DNA from: Yuukianura sp. NJ FZ-2021
Lineage: Eukaryota
Reading direction: 5' to 3'
Assembly: GCA_046563655.1 (NCBI GenBank)
Contig: CM102286.1
Coordinates: forward strand, 4,278,001-4,342,000
DNA: 64,000 nt
Shown here: positions 1-13,384 of the stretch, in pieces
Position numbering within the stretch: the stretch's first letter is position 1
How the letters are laid out: every line of letters starts with the position of its first letter
Translations under genes and position numbers: made by a program
The notes under the pieces: model-generated
Database searches by the model: none
What the model saw: the letters and a program-made list of their open reading frames with translations, nothing else
What the model was told of the DNA's origin: nothing

Positions 1-840
1 AAACGTGAAGGTGGTTCTTGTTAAGCTTTAGTGCAAAAACGTTTGTCCCATTAAAAAGAGTAATTGGAGTTCCAAGGGAAAAAGACATAAAAATCTTTAC
101 CACAAAAACCAAAATTAAACTGGCACTTTCAAATTCGGTTTTGTTGAAAATTCCCAAGTCTAAGAAAAAAGATTTTTGAATTCCACTGCTTTTCCGTGGC
201 ATGCCATCATAAATTTCTGTGTGTTCAGGTTCTAACCCCCATTTGAAATTCAAAGTCAGTGCCGTTACTTTTTTCCTCTCTTGGAAGTTTGAGTACTTTC
301 TCCAACTTTCACACGTTTGAGAACCTTCTCATAGAGTTGGCAATTGGAAAACGACAAGGTTTGCCTCCAACTTCTAATGTTTCACGCAGTTACCTTATCC
401 AAACTATGGATCTTACGACTCTTCTACCACGCATTTAGAATTCTTTAATAGGATTTCAAATTTAAACTTTTGCTGACTCTACATTCCTAACCTTTCTAAA
501 TGCTCTCAAGCCGCGCCGAGGAGTTAAATTCCTCTAAACGGTCCAAAAAATTATTCCTTCTCCGAAAAATTTTCAGATGCTTAACATTAGATGAAATAAA
601 TATTGAACACTTTGAGCAAGCAAGACGCCGCATTTTTGCGCCGTGAGTGCTGAATGTACAGCGTTAATTCAAATAGTGAATATAAATATTAATTTTTATC
701 TCAAAGTCAGTAAAATCACAGGTTTTTTGAAAAGTTTGCATTAAATCCTCTGAAATGGATACTTTTAAGAACATAACCGGCTTAATGATTTTCAACTACT
801 AAGGTTTTCAGGTTTTTTAGAAGTAGCAGTACAAGTTACG

Positions 841-940
841 CCCATCTAATTTCAAACTAGCCAAGTAGGCATGAAAAGTCCATAAGAATCTATTACAATT
901 CCTCTGCCGCAATCCAACTATTTCAGTAGAAAACCCGCTT
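841..940 (+). promoter_or_regulatory. Conserved non-coding element in A intron 1 (paralog ~14874-14970)
   Basis: CCCATCtAATTTCAAA..GTAGGCA..AAAAGTCCATAAgAATCTATTA shared in direct orientation with 14874-14970. Confidence 0.6.
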
Positions 941-3900
941 TAGAGCTTCTGCGCTTACAAAAGCAAACCGATTTCCATAAAACAACAATAATGAGCAACA
1001 ATTGCTCACTTTTGTTGAAAAAATTGGGTTTTAAACTTTAGTTGTTTCTTGATTCAAATGCATTAGGAAAAAGTGCAATTGCTAGAAAGATAAGCTGACT
1101 TTTTTCTCAAGGAAGATCCAATTATTCTAAAAGTAGTTCATTAGACAATGTTTTTGACATGAATAAGTATGAAGAGCGGCAAGTGACAAAAGTCACTAGT
1201 GGTAGTTATGGCGGGTAGGAATCCAATTTTGGCCGTCTAAGAAATATGTTGGGTCTCTGGAGGCTCATTTTTGGTTTGGATGGCCATTCATTAGAGGCGG
1301 GTTAACTGGGGGAAGTTGACTCGTCAGTGAAGTGGAGAAGGGGGCCCTTCGGAAACGTAATTTGACGCAACGGTTTCTCTCTTCTTCACTTTTTTGACAA
1401 ATTGGAAGTTCTCAAAGGAACGGAAGAGTCACGACTTTCCTATTAAATCTAATGCCTCCTCCACCACTAGTAATAGCACAAATTTTTCATTTCTTTTCTC
1501 CAAGTCTTTTCCCATTATCTCACCTTACTCCCAAACCAATTTTCCCCAGCAGCGTTCCACTTCTTATACAGTAGTTGGTGAAATGATAAACTAGTCGGTC
1601 CATTCTCCTACTTTTAGCCCTCATTCTTTAGTCATATTGACGCAGCAAGTCGATTGCCTCGAGGACTTGTAGTAGCTAAAAAGTCATTAAAATTCTTCAT
1701 TTTCAAAAACACATACTTTTTTAAATTTAGACAAAACTCAATATTTGATTTCTGCACTGGAAACCAAAAATGTTAATTTAGAGTTCATGCGTTCTAGAGG
1801 ATATGCAATGTTTATGTGAAGTTTATTTAAGGTATCGCGCTTTTTAAAATAGTTGTTTTTTAAAATGAAATTTACAATAGAAACCGCAAAGCCAAAGAAA
1901 TGGGTTTGAAATTGGCAACGTAAATACGTTCTCTGACATGGTTTATGGCATTAAACAACGGAAGGGATTCGCGGAAAATTCAAGATACGCTCCACTAACA
2001 TTATTCTACGCATGATGTGTTACAAATAAACTTTTGGTTTCTTGTATTTGCCTACTTCTTTTACGGAAGTCACGACATTTGCCAGCGATTTGAAAAAAAA
2101 AACTTCATTCCCTATCTAACTTCATCTCAAGTTGAAAGTTCAGTTATGTGGAAAAGCATGATTCCTTTTTCACTTTCCTTTTTTCGCGTTTCTCGTAGTT
2201 CCAGGATCTCATGATATTTTTGTTTCAAACTACCATGCTTGCCTTCGAAAATTTTTAGAAACTTAAATGGCATTAGTAACAGCGATTAATCTTTTAAAAC
2301 CAAGCAACGATATTCTTTATCAAATGAAGTGGAGTGTAGGCGTGCATGTTAGTGTTAGTAGACTTTGTCAAATCTAAGAATACAATATCTTAATTCTTCT
2401 AACCACAAAGAATAAAAACAAGTTCACATTGATCGCGTATCGATATCGATATACTGTCCACTGGGACACTAGTCCAATAATGTATTGAAAACCGTTAGTA
2501 AATTTAGCCAAAAGTTTAGACAGCTGAGCGCTTCTGTCAAATTTAATTAAGGTTTACGTGTGTGTAACCAGAGTTTTAATTTCAAGGAGTTCTGCCAGCT
2601 TCGACACACACCTTCATTTACGTTTTAGTGTAAATCTATATCGAGTAACCTACAATTCTTTTTAAACACTATTCCCGAAAAAAAATTACATAGGAAGAAA
2701 CGAAGATAATAATTAAAAACATTCTACAGCCTGAGCACCTCTCTATAATTTCAATAATTTGAATGCTCAATCATATTCATAACATAGCCTTTTCCCTTTT
2801 GATGTCACTTGGAAAGAAATTTGAGAGAACCCCATCACCTGAATTGTATCAACTTATTGTACGAACTAAATTTTGCCAACCAGAATCGTCTCAAATCGTC
2901 AATTGTGTCAACTTAATGCTTAGTTGTCCTTATTGCTTAGGTTGGTTGGTACAAGTAGCCGTTGACAAAATTTAGTGTTGAGACAATTCAGTTGATGCAA
3001 TTCAATTGACACAATGGCATGAAACAAGAAATTGTTACCACAACCAATATTTTTTAGTGTTAGTGTATTCCTTCGGCGGTTGTCTTGTGGCGCGTGTTGT
3101 ATATACAACCTACGCAAAACAATTGATTGACCTTTCCACAATCGACCAACCAGGGAACCAATGAATTATTTATACTTATGTAAGGATCATTTGACGTTTT
3201 TTAAAGAAACTTTTTCTTCAATAAGTGTGCTTATTTTAAGTACTACCTTTCTTTTTCGAACAAAAAGAGAGGGAAGTCTCTTATGCTGTTAAGTTGTGCC
3301 GAAGAAAATTATGGCTAAGGAGACAGAATTCTAAAATGTAGAGACAGTAAATCATTTCAACCGGCACAATAACAGTTTCTATGCATCATTTCCAGAACAC
3401 TTCAAATTTCAGCGGTGGCTTTTGCAGTACTTATGCACACAAAAGGGTTGCGGATGTCAAAGCCTTCAAAGAGTCAAACTTTCTCCTTCGAACAACAGTA
3501 AAACGCACATTCTCATGAAGGCAGCAAAAAAGAAGAAATATTTGTGTTTTGTTGGGCCTCCAGGTCGAGTTTTTATTTGTCGAGGGATACATCTAAAAGC
3601 AAAAAAAAATAACACATAGTATACTATAGTTCTTTGCTTCTCCAACTTTTGAGAAGTTTGGGTCCATTGGGTTGGTGACACTCATGCTGTTTTGGTGATT
3701 TTTAACTTTTACATCCATTGTTTGCTCATTACTGGTCGAAGAAACATTGGAACTTTGATGAATAGTTTTCTAGAAACTTGAAAGTGCCTTTAATGTCATT
3801 TAAACTTTTGAGCAACGCCGTGTCATTTGGAAGTTGATGACAAATGCCTTTTAATTAAAGAAAGAAAATACTTTCTTTGGACCAGGGAAACTAGTTTTAC

Positions 3901-6900
3901 GGGTTTTCTTCCACGTTTGCTGCGTTTCGATAATTACCATTTTTACTTAAAATTGTAAAAAGTTTGGTTTTATGAGGCCCATGAATTACGGTGCTTATTA
4001 CACGGGAATCCACTTTTGTCCCCTCCGTCCCTTTGTCGTTACATGCCCTCTCTTCTGCTAAGAGAAGATGGTACTTATTGTTCCGAAGACAATGGGCACG
4101 AAGAAGATGAGTAAGGAATGGGAGGGAAAATTTGAAAATGAATACGACATGTAATGTTCAAATCATTAAAGGAGGGTGGTTGTACGAAGGGAGATGGGAG
4201 TAAGATTCGAAGATGCGATGCGACAACTTACACAAAAATTTTCAACTCGTCTCGTCTTTGCTTCATTTCAAAATTCCAACGTAGGTACTACAGAAAAAGA
4301 TTCTTGTCTCTGGCTTCATCACGAAAACTTTTTTTTCTTTGCTTCAAATGCACGTTTAATTGTCCTACATTATTTAAATTCAGATTAACAGAAGTGTTTT
4401 TTGAAAAAAAATTACGTAAAATAAACTTTACAATTTGAATCAGCAAATTATAATAGTGAAGTTTTTTTATCCAATTTTTTTTATTTAAATTTTCGAAGAA
4501 ATTTTGAAAAAATCAATACACCTATCAATCAATACCTATTACAGCACTCATCCTAACCTACTTTTAAAACGTGTAAGAGACACACACGGGTTTCGCTCAA
4601 TTTCTTGTTTTTTTTTTTACTTTCTGTCTAATTAAGCCATTTCCATTCTGGAATTAAATTAGATACAATTATTGGCAAATATCATCAAAAATGGGTAGGA
4701 ATTTGAAGCAACAATCGAAAGTTCTATTTTTGTCTTTTAGTTTTCGACTGGTCTCTTTGACATTCAACTGAAACTCATTTTCTCAAAAACCTTCTTTTTC
4801 ATTCATTCAAGGTCTTCTTTTGAGAAAAGTTCTGTAACTGTGGAATTTTGTCCTGAATGCTTTTTTTGACGTTTGAGTTATGTGCTTTCTAGTTCTTAGT
4901 CTCTAAAAAAATAAAAACTGTTTTTAGTTCATGCGTTCCTGCGTTTCCCATTTCTATTTATATTTTGAACTTCCTAGTTTTGTTATTCTGCTTCGATGTT
5001 TATCTAGGCCAAAACAGTGTTTCATTTCTCCGACTTTTCTAAGTTCAGAAATCAAAACTTTTGGGAGAACAAAAAAATCAGCTTAAAGTAAACAGCACAA
5101 GAGTATGTTTCTTTTTGAAATGTGACATTTTTTAAGTAACTTGTATAAATACAGTAGAGGCAAAAGCAAAAATGTTGAATATAGTACGGTAGCGTACAGT
5201 AGGGTAATGTGAGAGTACTTTTGTAGTTTTGTACCTTTTCTTACATAAAGACTATGCTGCCTCTTGTTTCTGTTAAAATAAGCAAATTCGGTACTGAAAC
5301 AACAAACAGTTTCTATGCAAATAAGTAAAGTGCAATATGAAACTTGACTTTCACTGGGCTTTTGGAAAACGACTTAAGCTAGAGGTCATGCACTTGTCTG
5401 CGTGAATTCTGAAAATGTTGCTGTTATTATAATTCGGGTGAAATGATTTTTTGAACCGTAAATCCGACAAGTATTACCCAACCCATGCTTGTGGAGCACA
5501 TTTGGCTACTTTTTGGCACGAACTGGATACTTTGACGCGGAGTTTTTTTTTTCAAAACAAGAAATGGATTGTCTTTGCCAAATATTGTTGGAGTTTTTCG
5601 AAATATGAAGTATAAAAAATTTAGTAAGCACTGTTTAAACGCTTTAAAACAAAAAACATTAGTTTGAATTTCGTCTTACTTTTACGGCAAATACTAATGT
5701 GAATTGAAAAGGTTTGTTTTAGAACTTTGGGAAACTAGAATGAAAATGGTTTCGCTTAAGTAGCTGATTCACGTTGTTTCAAAAAATTGCCTTGCAGAGC
5801 TTTTCATTTTTTCAAAATCAAATATTTGTTTTTGTGAAATGAAAGAAGGGATCCTTGAGAATTTGATGAAGACTGACATGTTCCTTAGACGATCCTTCAG
5901 TTGGATAAATCCGACTGAGAGTGAGAAGTGTTGTCGCCATTTTCACGCTCTTCAGCACATGATCTGTTTTCATATTTTTGACAGCTTCAAAAGTGGGAGT
6001 TCCATCACGTCTAATCGAATTCGCATTGACCCAATTACAGTGTGATTGACTTACTGTAACTTTCACTAACAACGATGAAACCGTTCAAAGGTCTCCACTT
6101 TTGAAAATCCACAGATCAAAACAAAGTACATGTACAATAGATTTTTACAGCTCGCTAGGCTATCCCCGTTTTTTTTTCATTATGTTGATTTGGTTAGTTA
6201 GTTTGACATGGCTCGTTTGTTAAAAATATTTACTCCGATAGCATTAGCGACTTCAACTTGTTCTACTGTCCATTTTCATTAGGCGAACGTCAGGAGAAAA
6301 CGTCAAGGCTAAGTCAATAAAGTATTCAATCTTAAGACATTCATGAGCCAAATGCCACGGTCATGCCAAAAACTTATCATGATGAATTTTTCATCGAAAA
6401 TTTCAAAGACGGATTTTATACTTTATAGACGCGTAATGAAGTTGTATAGAAGCGATTTGTTCATCGTCTCTGGAATTACTTATTACGTTCATTTTAAGCT
6501 TAATTGAAACTAAAACTTAAAAAAGCTCATTATTTTTGAAGGAAAACGAAAGAAAGTTTTAATTTTAATTCATAAAAGTTCAGTCTGATGATCTATTTTC
6601 ACTCACAGCAATCCCATCCCCAAGACTCATTTTCAATTAAAATTTCAATTTCATCGGCGAAATAGCTTTCCCGTGTGATGCACCATGATTAACAACCTTG
6701 TCTATCCAATATCATTTTCGTCATTATAAACCTAATTTTTGAATCTCTAAGTTTTCCAAAAAATATGATGCCAAAAAATCAGTGTGAAATCGATAGGGTT
6801 CCTGCTTGAGCCTAAAAAAAATATGAAAAACTTCAAAGCTGAAAGACAAAAACGATAGCGGAATTTAAAATTTCAAAACGCGGTACTCTCGCAAAAAAAA

Positions 6901-7089
6901 ATCAAGTAAATTTTTTTTAAATCACGTTTTTTTTATAAAGTAAAAGTTTTCCAGGAAGATAGTGAAAGCCAAAGTGTAACTTTGAGTTCACGTAAAGTCC
7001 ATTATCTCCAAACCCCCATCCAGGAGGTGTTTTCTACTTCTTAAAATCAGAACTGGGCAAAACAAGTCGTAAAGCTGCCCTCCTTCAGA

Positions 7090-7965
7090 TGGGCGAAACC
7101 TCTGAAATAACTTATTGCATAGAACCACTTTCACCAAGGCTTTTTTCTCCTGCACAGCAGGTTCCCGTTGTGTATGTTTTTTCATCTGTTTTCCAGGAAA
7201 CCAAAAGTGTACTAAGACTTTCTGGACATAAATTACAAAGTACTCTGCCTCTTTTCGTAGAACACACTCCTTCAACAATTATCATTGTTGTTTAAGAAGG
7301 GAACTTCGGTAGGAAGCGATCTTTCCTTGCTATCGCTTCCAACCGTGGCGGTGCGTGAGAGACAAAGAAGAGAACTTTCGGGGGAAAACTTTTAGAATTT
7401 ATGGGCAATCTTAAATGACTTTTGTTGGGCACATCCCACTTCACTTCACTGTTGCTTTTCCTCCCCACTTCATTTTCCCCTCTTATGTCTTTACTTTCTT
7501 CCCAGTACTAGTAGGATACAACTTCAAATGGCGCCAAAATTCAAATACTGAATGAAACAGCATAGATTACCATGGATTATCAAACAATGGGATCAGTTTA
7601 GAAAAGAACAGAAACGATTCCTGTAAAAGAAAGCAACGTTTCTTCTAAAAATGTTTTAGGATTTCTTTAGAAAATTTTAGGTTTTCAAAAAACGGAAATT
7701 TCGTGACGGCGAGACAAAATGTAAGGTGAAAGTGAACTTTGTGTTAAAATGAAAAGTTTTCCTGGAGAAGATAAGTTTAAGAAGATCCGTATGCGGTTGC
7801 AAAGAAGATCAAGAGAAAGTTTGGGAAGATGTGGTTAGTGCACCACGTTTCTGCCTGCTGTTCTTGCAGCATCCTGGTCCTCTTGCCACTATTTGTCTTT
7901 TGTTTCTTGGTCCCTTGTTAACCAATTCATTAGTACTTTAATTGAACCTAAGTTTTCCTCCATAG
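7090..7965 (+). promoter_or_regulatory. Conserved non-coding blocks in A intron 1 (paralogs ~20594-20800 and ~21240-21410)
   Basis: GACATAAATTACAAAGTACT..CTTCAACAATTATyATTGTTGTTTAAG and TGCCACTATTTGTCTT..CTTGTTAACCAATTCATTA..ACTTTAATTG are shared, in the same order and with similar spacing. Confidence 0.65.
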
Positions 7966-8310
7966 GAATGTCTCTTAACTTCGCATTATGAGACAATTTA
8001 TGTCTCTTTTATCTTTCCGCCGAAACTTTCCTTGGGTTTTCCCGCACAATTTAGACATGGCCCAATCCTTTGGAAACAACTTTATATCCAAAAGCTGTCG
8101 CATCCATACTTTCACCTTCATAACTCTGGCTTTAAAAGAAGAGAAATATACAAACAAAAATTTTAAGCTAACCTTGGAGTAGATAAGAATACACAAGAAT
8201 AAGAAGTTTAAAAAATAAAATTTCAACGTAAGGTACACAAGTACTGGCCTAATCGATAAGAAAAATGAATGATTTTACAGTTTTTTAATATTTTTCTTTG
8301 TGTTTTTCAG

Positions 8311-11300
8311 TTTTAAGTCAAGATCTGATTCCGATGGATCTCATTTCGTCAGATCAGCCTCGATTTACAACTCGTGGAGGCACTTACCGAGTTGTCAACG
8401 GTGAAAGCATCACTCTACCGTGCCAAGCTGAAAACCTAAGTATGAAATCAATTAATCTATAATCTAAAAAAAACAAATTTTATATTGAAAGTTGAACTTG
8501 GAAGTGTTTGAAACCTAATTTACATCAACATTGAAAATTCCCAAAGTATTTTTCTAAAGAATTCCTCTGATGTCCGTCTTTACTTCGATTTAAGACTTTC
8601 CGACTTTCAGAGGAATCTTCTGTAAGAGACTTTTTCGGATGCAATCACAAGGTCTAAAGTCCTCTCCCAGATTCTTGATCTGATAAGTACTTCGGAGTGG
8701 AAGGAAAAGATTTGGATGATTTCTTCGACTTTTGAGGTCCTTAGAGCCTTTTCCGTAGGTTCTGTCCCAGTTGACTTCATGAAACATGACTTTACGCAGT
8801 AGTGGCACCAGGCAGTTGGATTGGATAGGAGCACAGATGTGTGCACTTTTTCTCAGGAAACAATTCCAAGTTCTTTAAGAATACTTTCGTTCTCTGGAGA
8901 ACTTTCACTTTATAATCCTAATACCGTTGGAAGTGAAAGTCCAGTCCAGACATTGTCCTTTGCTTCTATAAGATGGAAAGCACTTCTTCACTTACGGAGA
9001 AATTGAATTAGACTGAACCATTCTTCTTTTTTACTTCCAGAACCCTTTTCTATTGTTTGGAAACGAGGCAATGCCGTTTTGACTGCCGCTCAACTAAAAA
9101 TTACACCAGATCCAAGGATCGAACTCGTAGATGGATTCAATCTCAAACTGTCCAATGTAAGGACTCAAGATGGCGGAGATTACGTTTGCCAACTCAGCAC
9201 TTACGTCCCTATAGAGCAAGTCTACACTCTCGAAATCCTAGGTAAGCTACTCTAAATCCACAGTCCATTTTTTGCTAACCGGCTTTAGGAGCAGTAAAAA
9301 TCAAAAAGCATGTCAAAATTTATTTTGGCAACGGTCAACGGAATTCCTGGAAGTATTTAAGCTCCGTTGTAGAAAGTTTATTTCGGTGAAAGTTCAAGCT
9401 TGCGGAGTTTAAAACTTTGCTCCTAATTTTATGCAACTGTGCTTCGAGAAATCGAAGGGAGAGAAAGCATCCACCACACAGACACTATGTGTCAATCTGG
9501 GTTAGCATTCTTGGAAGGAGTAACTATTGCTCAGAATTTAATCCGATTCTCTGGGCGAATTTACACCGCTAGGAGAAAGATAATGAAATTTAGGTCAAGA
9601 CTCAATGGAGTTGCTACACCACAAGCTTTCTCAACAGTTTCAGTAGATTTAGTGAAAGCGTATTCTGCTGGTTCACAGCACAAATTAAATTTTCTAGGGT
9701 AGTGTAGCACTAAATTCAACAAAGCTCAGCTTCCGTGAACTATTTGTTTAAGCAACTCCACAACTCGAACATTATTGAAGCTAACCCAGTCATAATATAA
9801 CCTAGCGCACAGATTCGATTGACACACATCGTAACACTTTACAGAAGCTTCGTAATTTCGCAAAGTGAAAAGAAACGACATTTAGAAAGTTGAAGATTTT
9901 GTAATTCTCCAAGGTAGTTTTATTCGATTTTTGTTTTTAGTTCCTCCAACTGTCTCCAGCGATTCCGCCAACGGTCATGTGAGCATCATCAAGGGAGACA
10001 CAGTCACACTCAAGTGTCGCGCCAACGGAAATCCTTCACCCTCCATTCGATGGACGCGCAGAGTGAGGCTGTATTTGAATTTTATTCAATTTCTTCCGTT
10101 GACTAATTGCAGTTTTTGAAAAATGTTTTTCAGAATAACTTGCTACCGGGCGGAGAGCAATCAGCCGAAGGGAGTAGCTATACCATTCAGAAGGCTGATA
10201 GGTACATGGCTGGAATGTATGTATGCAGTGCATCCAACGGCGTGGGATCTGCTGCCACCGCAGTGGTCGAAGTGAAAGTTCAGTGTGAGTTTTTCATATT
10301 CTTTGTTTGTAACGTTTCGGACCGCAGCATTGAACACTTTAATGTCGTTCGCTGCAATTTGTAGGTTGAGTTTATTGATTTACTTTATAATTTCATTTTC
10401 AGATCCACCTGAAATTGACGTGGAGAGGGGATGGGTACATTCTGGAGAAGGCTATGAGGCTGAACTGGCATGCGTTATTCATTCAGATCCAACAGCCTCT
10501 GTAAGTGCAACACATCATTTCTAAATAAAAATTCTGACGAAAATGAATTTTTGGAATTTACATCTTAAAAGTAGTACAAAATCATAATTTTCAACCAACA
10601 TCTCGCACTTTGAAACTCGTTTCAATTTTAGGTCAGATGGTTCAGGGACACGATGATTTTAGACACGACTGACCGTCGTCTCGTAGAAGAACGTGGCTCC
10701 CGCCACTCGCTTATAATTCGTAAAGTGCAACCTATTGATTTTGGTAATTACTCTTGTGAAGCAGACAATAAACTGGGCAGGACGAAGAGACACATCGAAC
10801 TCTCTGGTAAAATTATTCAGTGCATAATTTAAAATGAACTTTAATGAACTTTCTGAAAAATGTCACTGAATTCCTAGGCAAGCCAAACCGGGCTGTTTTC
10901 CGGAGCGACCCCACCGGGCGACTCCGAGATTCTTACAACATCACGTGGGTTGTTGAGAGCTTCTCGCCCATTACAGAGTACAGACTCCTGTACCGCAAAG
11001 CCCACGTAAGACAAACTGCATAGAGGTCAAAGGTCAAACTGCAATATTTGCACTTACACTAACCTAATAATTATTGTTGGCTGGGTAGGTGAACGATACT
11101 TACGAGATGGCTGGTGACTGGAACGACGTGGTTCTGCCTGCGACAGAGTACATGTACTACCAGGGGAGCGTGGGGGTGCCTCGGGCGGTGACCTCGTTAG
11201 CTGCCCCTTCGTCTGCGTCCATCGTCCATGTCAAGTCGTACCACATCAAGAACCTGGAGCCAGAAGGACTGTATGAGGCTCAAGTGGCGGCAAGAAACAA

Positions 11301-11788
11301 GTACGGATGGGCTCACCCATCAGAGCTCTACTCCTTTCACACACGAAGAACAGGTAAACACTTTCACTTCTCCATTCACTTCCTCTCATAATTCAAAACC
11401 TTCGGCATATTATGCAGTACAGAGCGCGATTGAGCTCAAATCTAGAGCCATCTACACAATTTAATCTTTTGACTTTACGAATTTATTCAGATCATTACCC
11501 ATTTGTATCGTCGGCGCAGCGTGAAGTGATTCCAGGTCTGATTCAACAACAAAAAATTGTTTAACTTTCTTCTCAATTTTTTGTCGAAGTAATACTAAAG
11601 TAGTTTTTTTTTCTTGGAATTTAGAACCTGAAATTCGCGACTTAGGAATAACGGCAGCATCTTCTTTCGCCAATCCTCTCTCTCCACTGCGTCCATCGGT
11701 AATCCTTTTTAGTACTTTTGTCTTACTAGTTAATAGGATTTACTACTGTAGTTTCCAGTCCACTTCATTCCAGAGGTCATTGACCTAA
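8311..11788 (+). CDS. Ig superfamily adhesion protein copy A (3 Ig + FN3 + GPI-like tail; Klingon/Wrapper/CG34353-like), 5'-partial
   Basis: Ten GT-AG exons join in frame: 8311-8439, 9041-9241, 9941-10062, 10134-10284, 10403-10500, 10632-10806, 10878-11005, 11089-11353, 11491-11535, 11625-11788 (TAA). Ig motifs: LPCQAENL..VWKRG..DGGDYVC; LKCRANGNPSPSIRW..AGMYVCSASNG; ELACVIHS..VRWF..DFGNYSCEADN. FN3: YNITW..IKNLEPEGLYEAQVAARNKYGW. Moderately hydrophobic C-terminus (SVILFSTFVLLV). No signal-peptide exon found in the window. Confidence 0.93.
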
Positions 11789-13034
11789 ACGAACAAAACC
11801 ATGGCTAATTTTGAGCTTAACCTTAAACTACATTTTCTACTGTTTAAAATACGTAACCTAAAACTCCTTGCATTTGTATCCTACTAATTAGCTATTAAGT
11901 AGTTACTAAATGTTAATTTAAAGAAACGAGTTGTGGTGTGATGTACAAAACTGCCGACGAAATGAAACAATAAGTAAATTTGTCTTTTAAGCACTGAAAA
12001 ATTTTGTACAGATTATGGAATGTTTTTTCCCGGTTTGTGAACAGTTTTTACACAGCTTGCGATTGGAATCATTTTGGCTGTATTTTTAACTAAAACCTCC
12101 GTGTTTTCGTGTGCAATGTGGTGGAGTTGTTATTGTTGAATTTGGTTGAAGTAAACTTTGGCCGCCAAACTGTATCTACCTGTTAAAATTTTGCTTTTTC
12201 AAATAAAAATTCCCGCCAAAAAATGTCAAACTGTATTTAAATAAACTGGAAACATTGGTATAAAACGTTAAGTCCGTTATAGATTTAACCCTAGTCAATA
12301 TTGTTATTTTAAATCTGAAATTGAGAATTTCTTTTAATGAGTGAAAGCGACAGTTTTCGTTAAAATTTTTGTACTTACACAAAAATTAAGTTAAATTTGG
12401 CATTCCCAGGGATTTTTAGAAGTGTTTTGGTACTTTGTAAAGGTAATCTTCTAATTAAGATAAAATAGGTATCCGAGAATTCCGTCAGTAATTTAGCAAT
12501 AACTGCTTTCCCTATACACAAAAGCCTTCGTTTAGTTGACAAAACATCTTTCGCTATGTAGCCTAGACCCACAAATTCAAAATTCTTGTATACGATAAGA
12601 CTAAAATTTTCTCCTAAACCGCAGCGCTAATCTAATTTTTGGCTTAACAAATATTTTACTACCCATCTTTTAAGGAGTGTGGAATCCTGCGCTTCTTAAG
12701 ATTGCTTAATATTTGTGAAAGGAACGTTGACTTTATTAAAATGAAAACAATTTCAAAAGAAAGTCCACAAATTAACTAAAAAACAAGCTTTTGTTTTTGT
12801 TATTTTCTGTATCCAGAGTTCACGTTCGGTTCAAATTTTATCACATCAAAAGTGACACTGGAAAAATAGAAAGACAAGTGAAGGTTAAACATAATTGCGA
12901 AATGTCTGTCTCTTTTGAATCCTCATTCGCTTTGCACAAACTTCCAAGACCAAGTTGTGTAATAGTTATTAGCGACAGTTTAAAAATCTTAGCGTTATAC
13001 ACTTTTTGTTAAAACAGTTTTGCTAAAACTGAAG

Positions 13035-13042
13035 TATATAAA
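13035..13042 (+). promoter_or_regulatory. Candidate TATA box for copy B
   Basis: TATATAAA about 260 nt upstream of the ATG at 13300; motif and position only. Confidence 0.35.
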
Positions 13043-13299
13043 GCAGGATTGTTGTGTGAAAAAAGCAACACAGGACACATTGACCAACTTTCACTTGACT
13101 ACTCCACCGTAGTTCCCCAATTGGCGTGATTTATGTTGTAAATTTACCTACTCCTACAAATACCCCCTGGAGTCCTCTACGTTGTCGTCTGACATCGAGA
13201 AGTTCCAATTTGCAACGAAAATCAGACAGAACAAGATTTATTTTCATTGAGGGAAGTTTCGCTTCGAACGGATTCGGACTTCCGTTACAACACAACACA

Positions 13300-13384
13300 A
13301 TGAATCTGGTCTACTCAAACATATCCAGCAGCGGGGTACAAACATTGGTTATTTTTATCCTGACTACGACCATCTTTGGATCAG
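13300..13384 (+). CDS. Signal-peptide first coding exon, assigned to copy B
   Basis: ATG..MNLVYSNISSSGVQTLVIFILTTTIFGS then CAG|GTAAGG, a phase-1 donor. It joins in frame to the phase-1 exon at 39388 (..IFGS-VSSKGIRSTDLI). It lies 1.5 kb after the copy A stop, and the downstream intron is collinear with copy A intron 1. Confidence 0.72.

Noticed and set aside
10113..10133. Upstream in-frame AG that would add FLKNVFQ to Ig2, present in all three copies
   Set aside because: It lies only a few nt after the CTAAT branch-point-like motif and would leave a 50-59 nt intron; its conservation is explained by the conversion tract.
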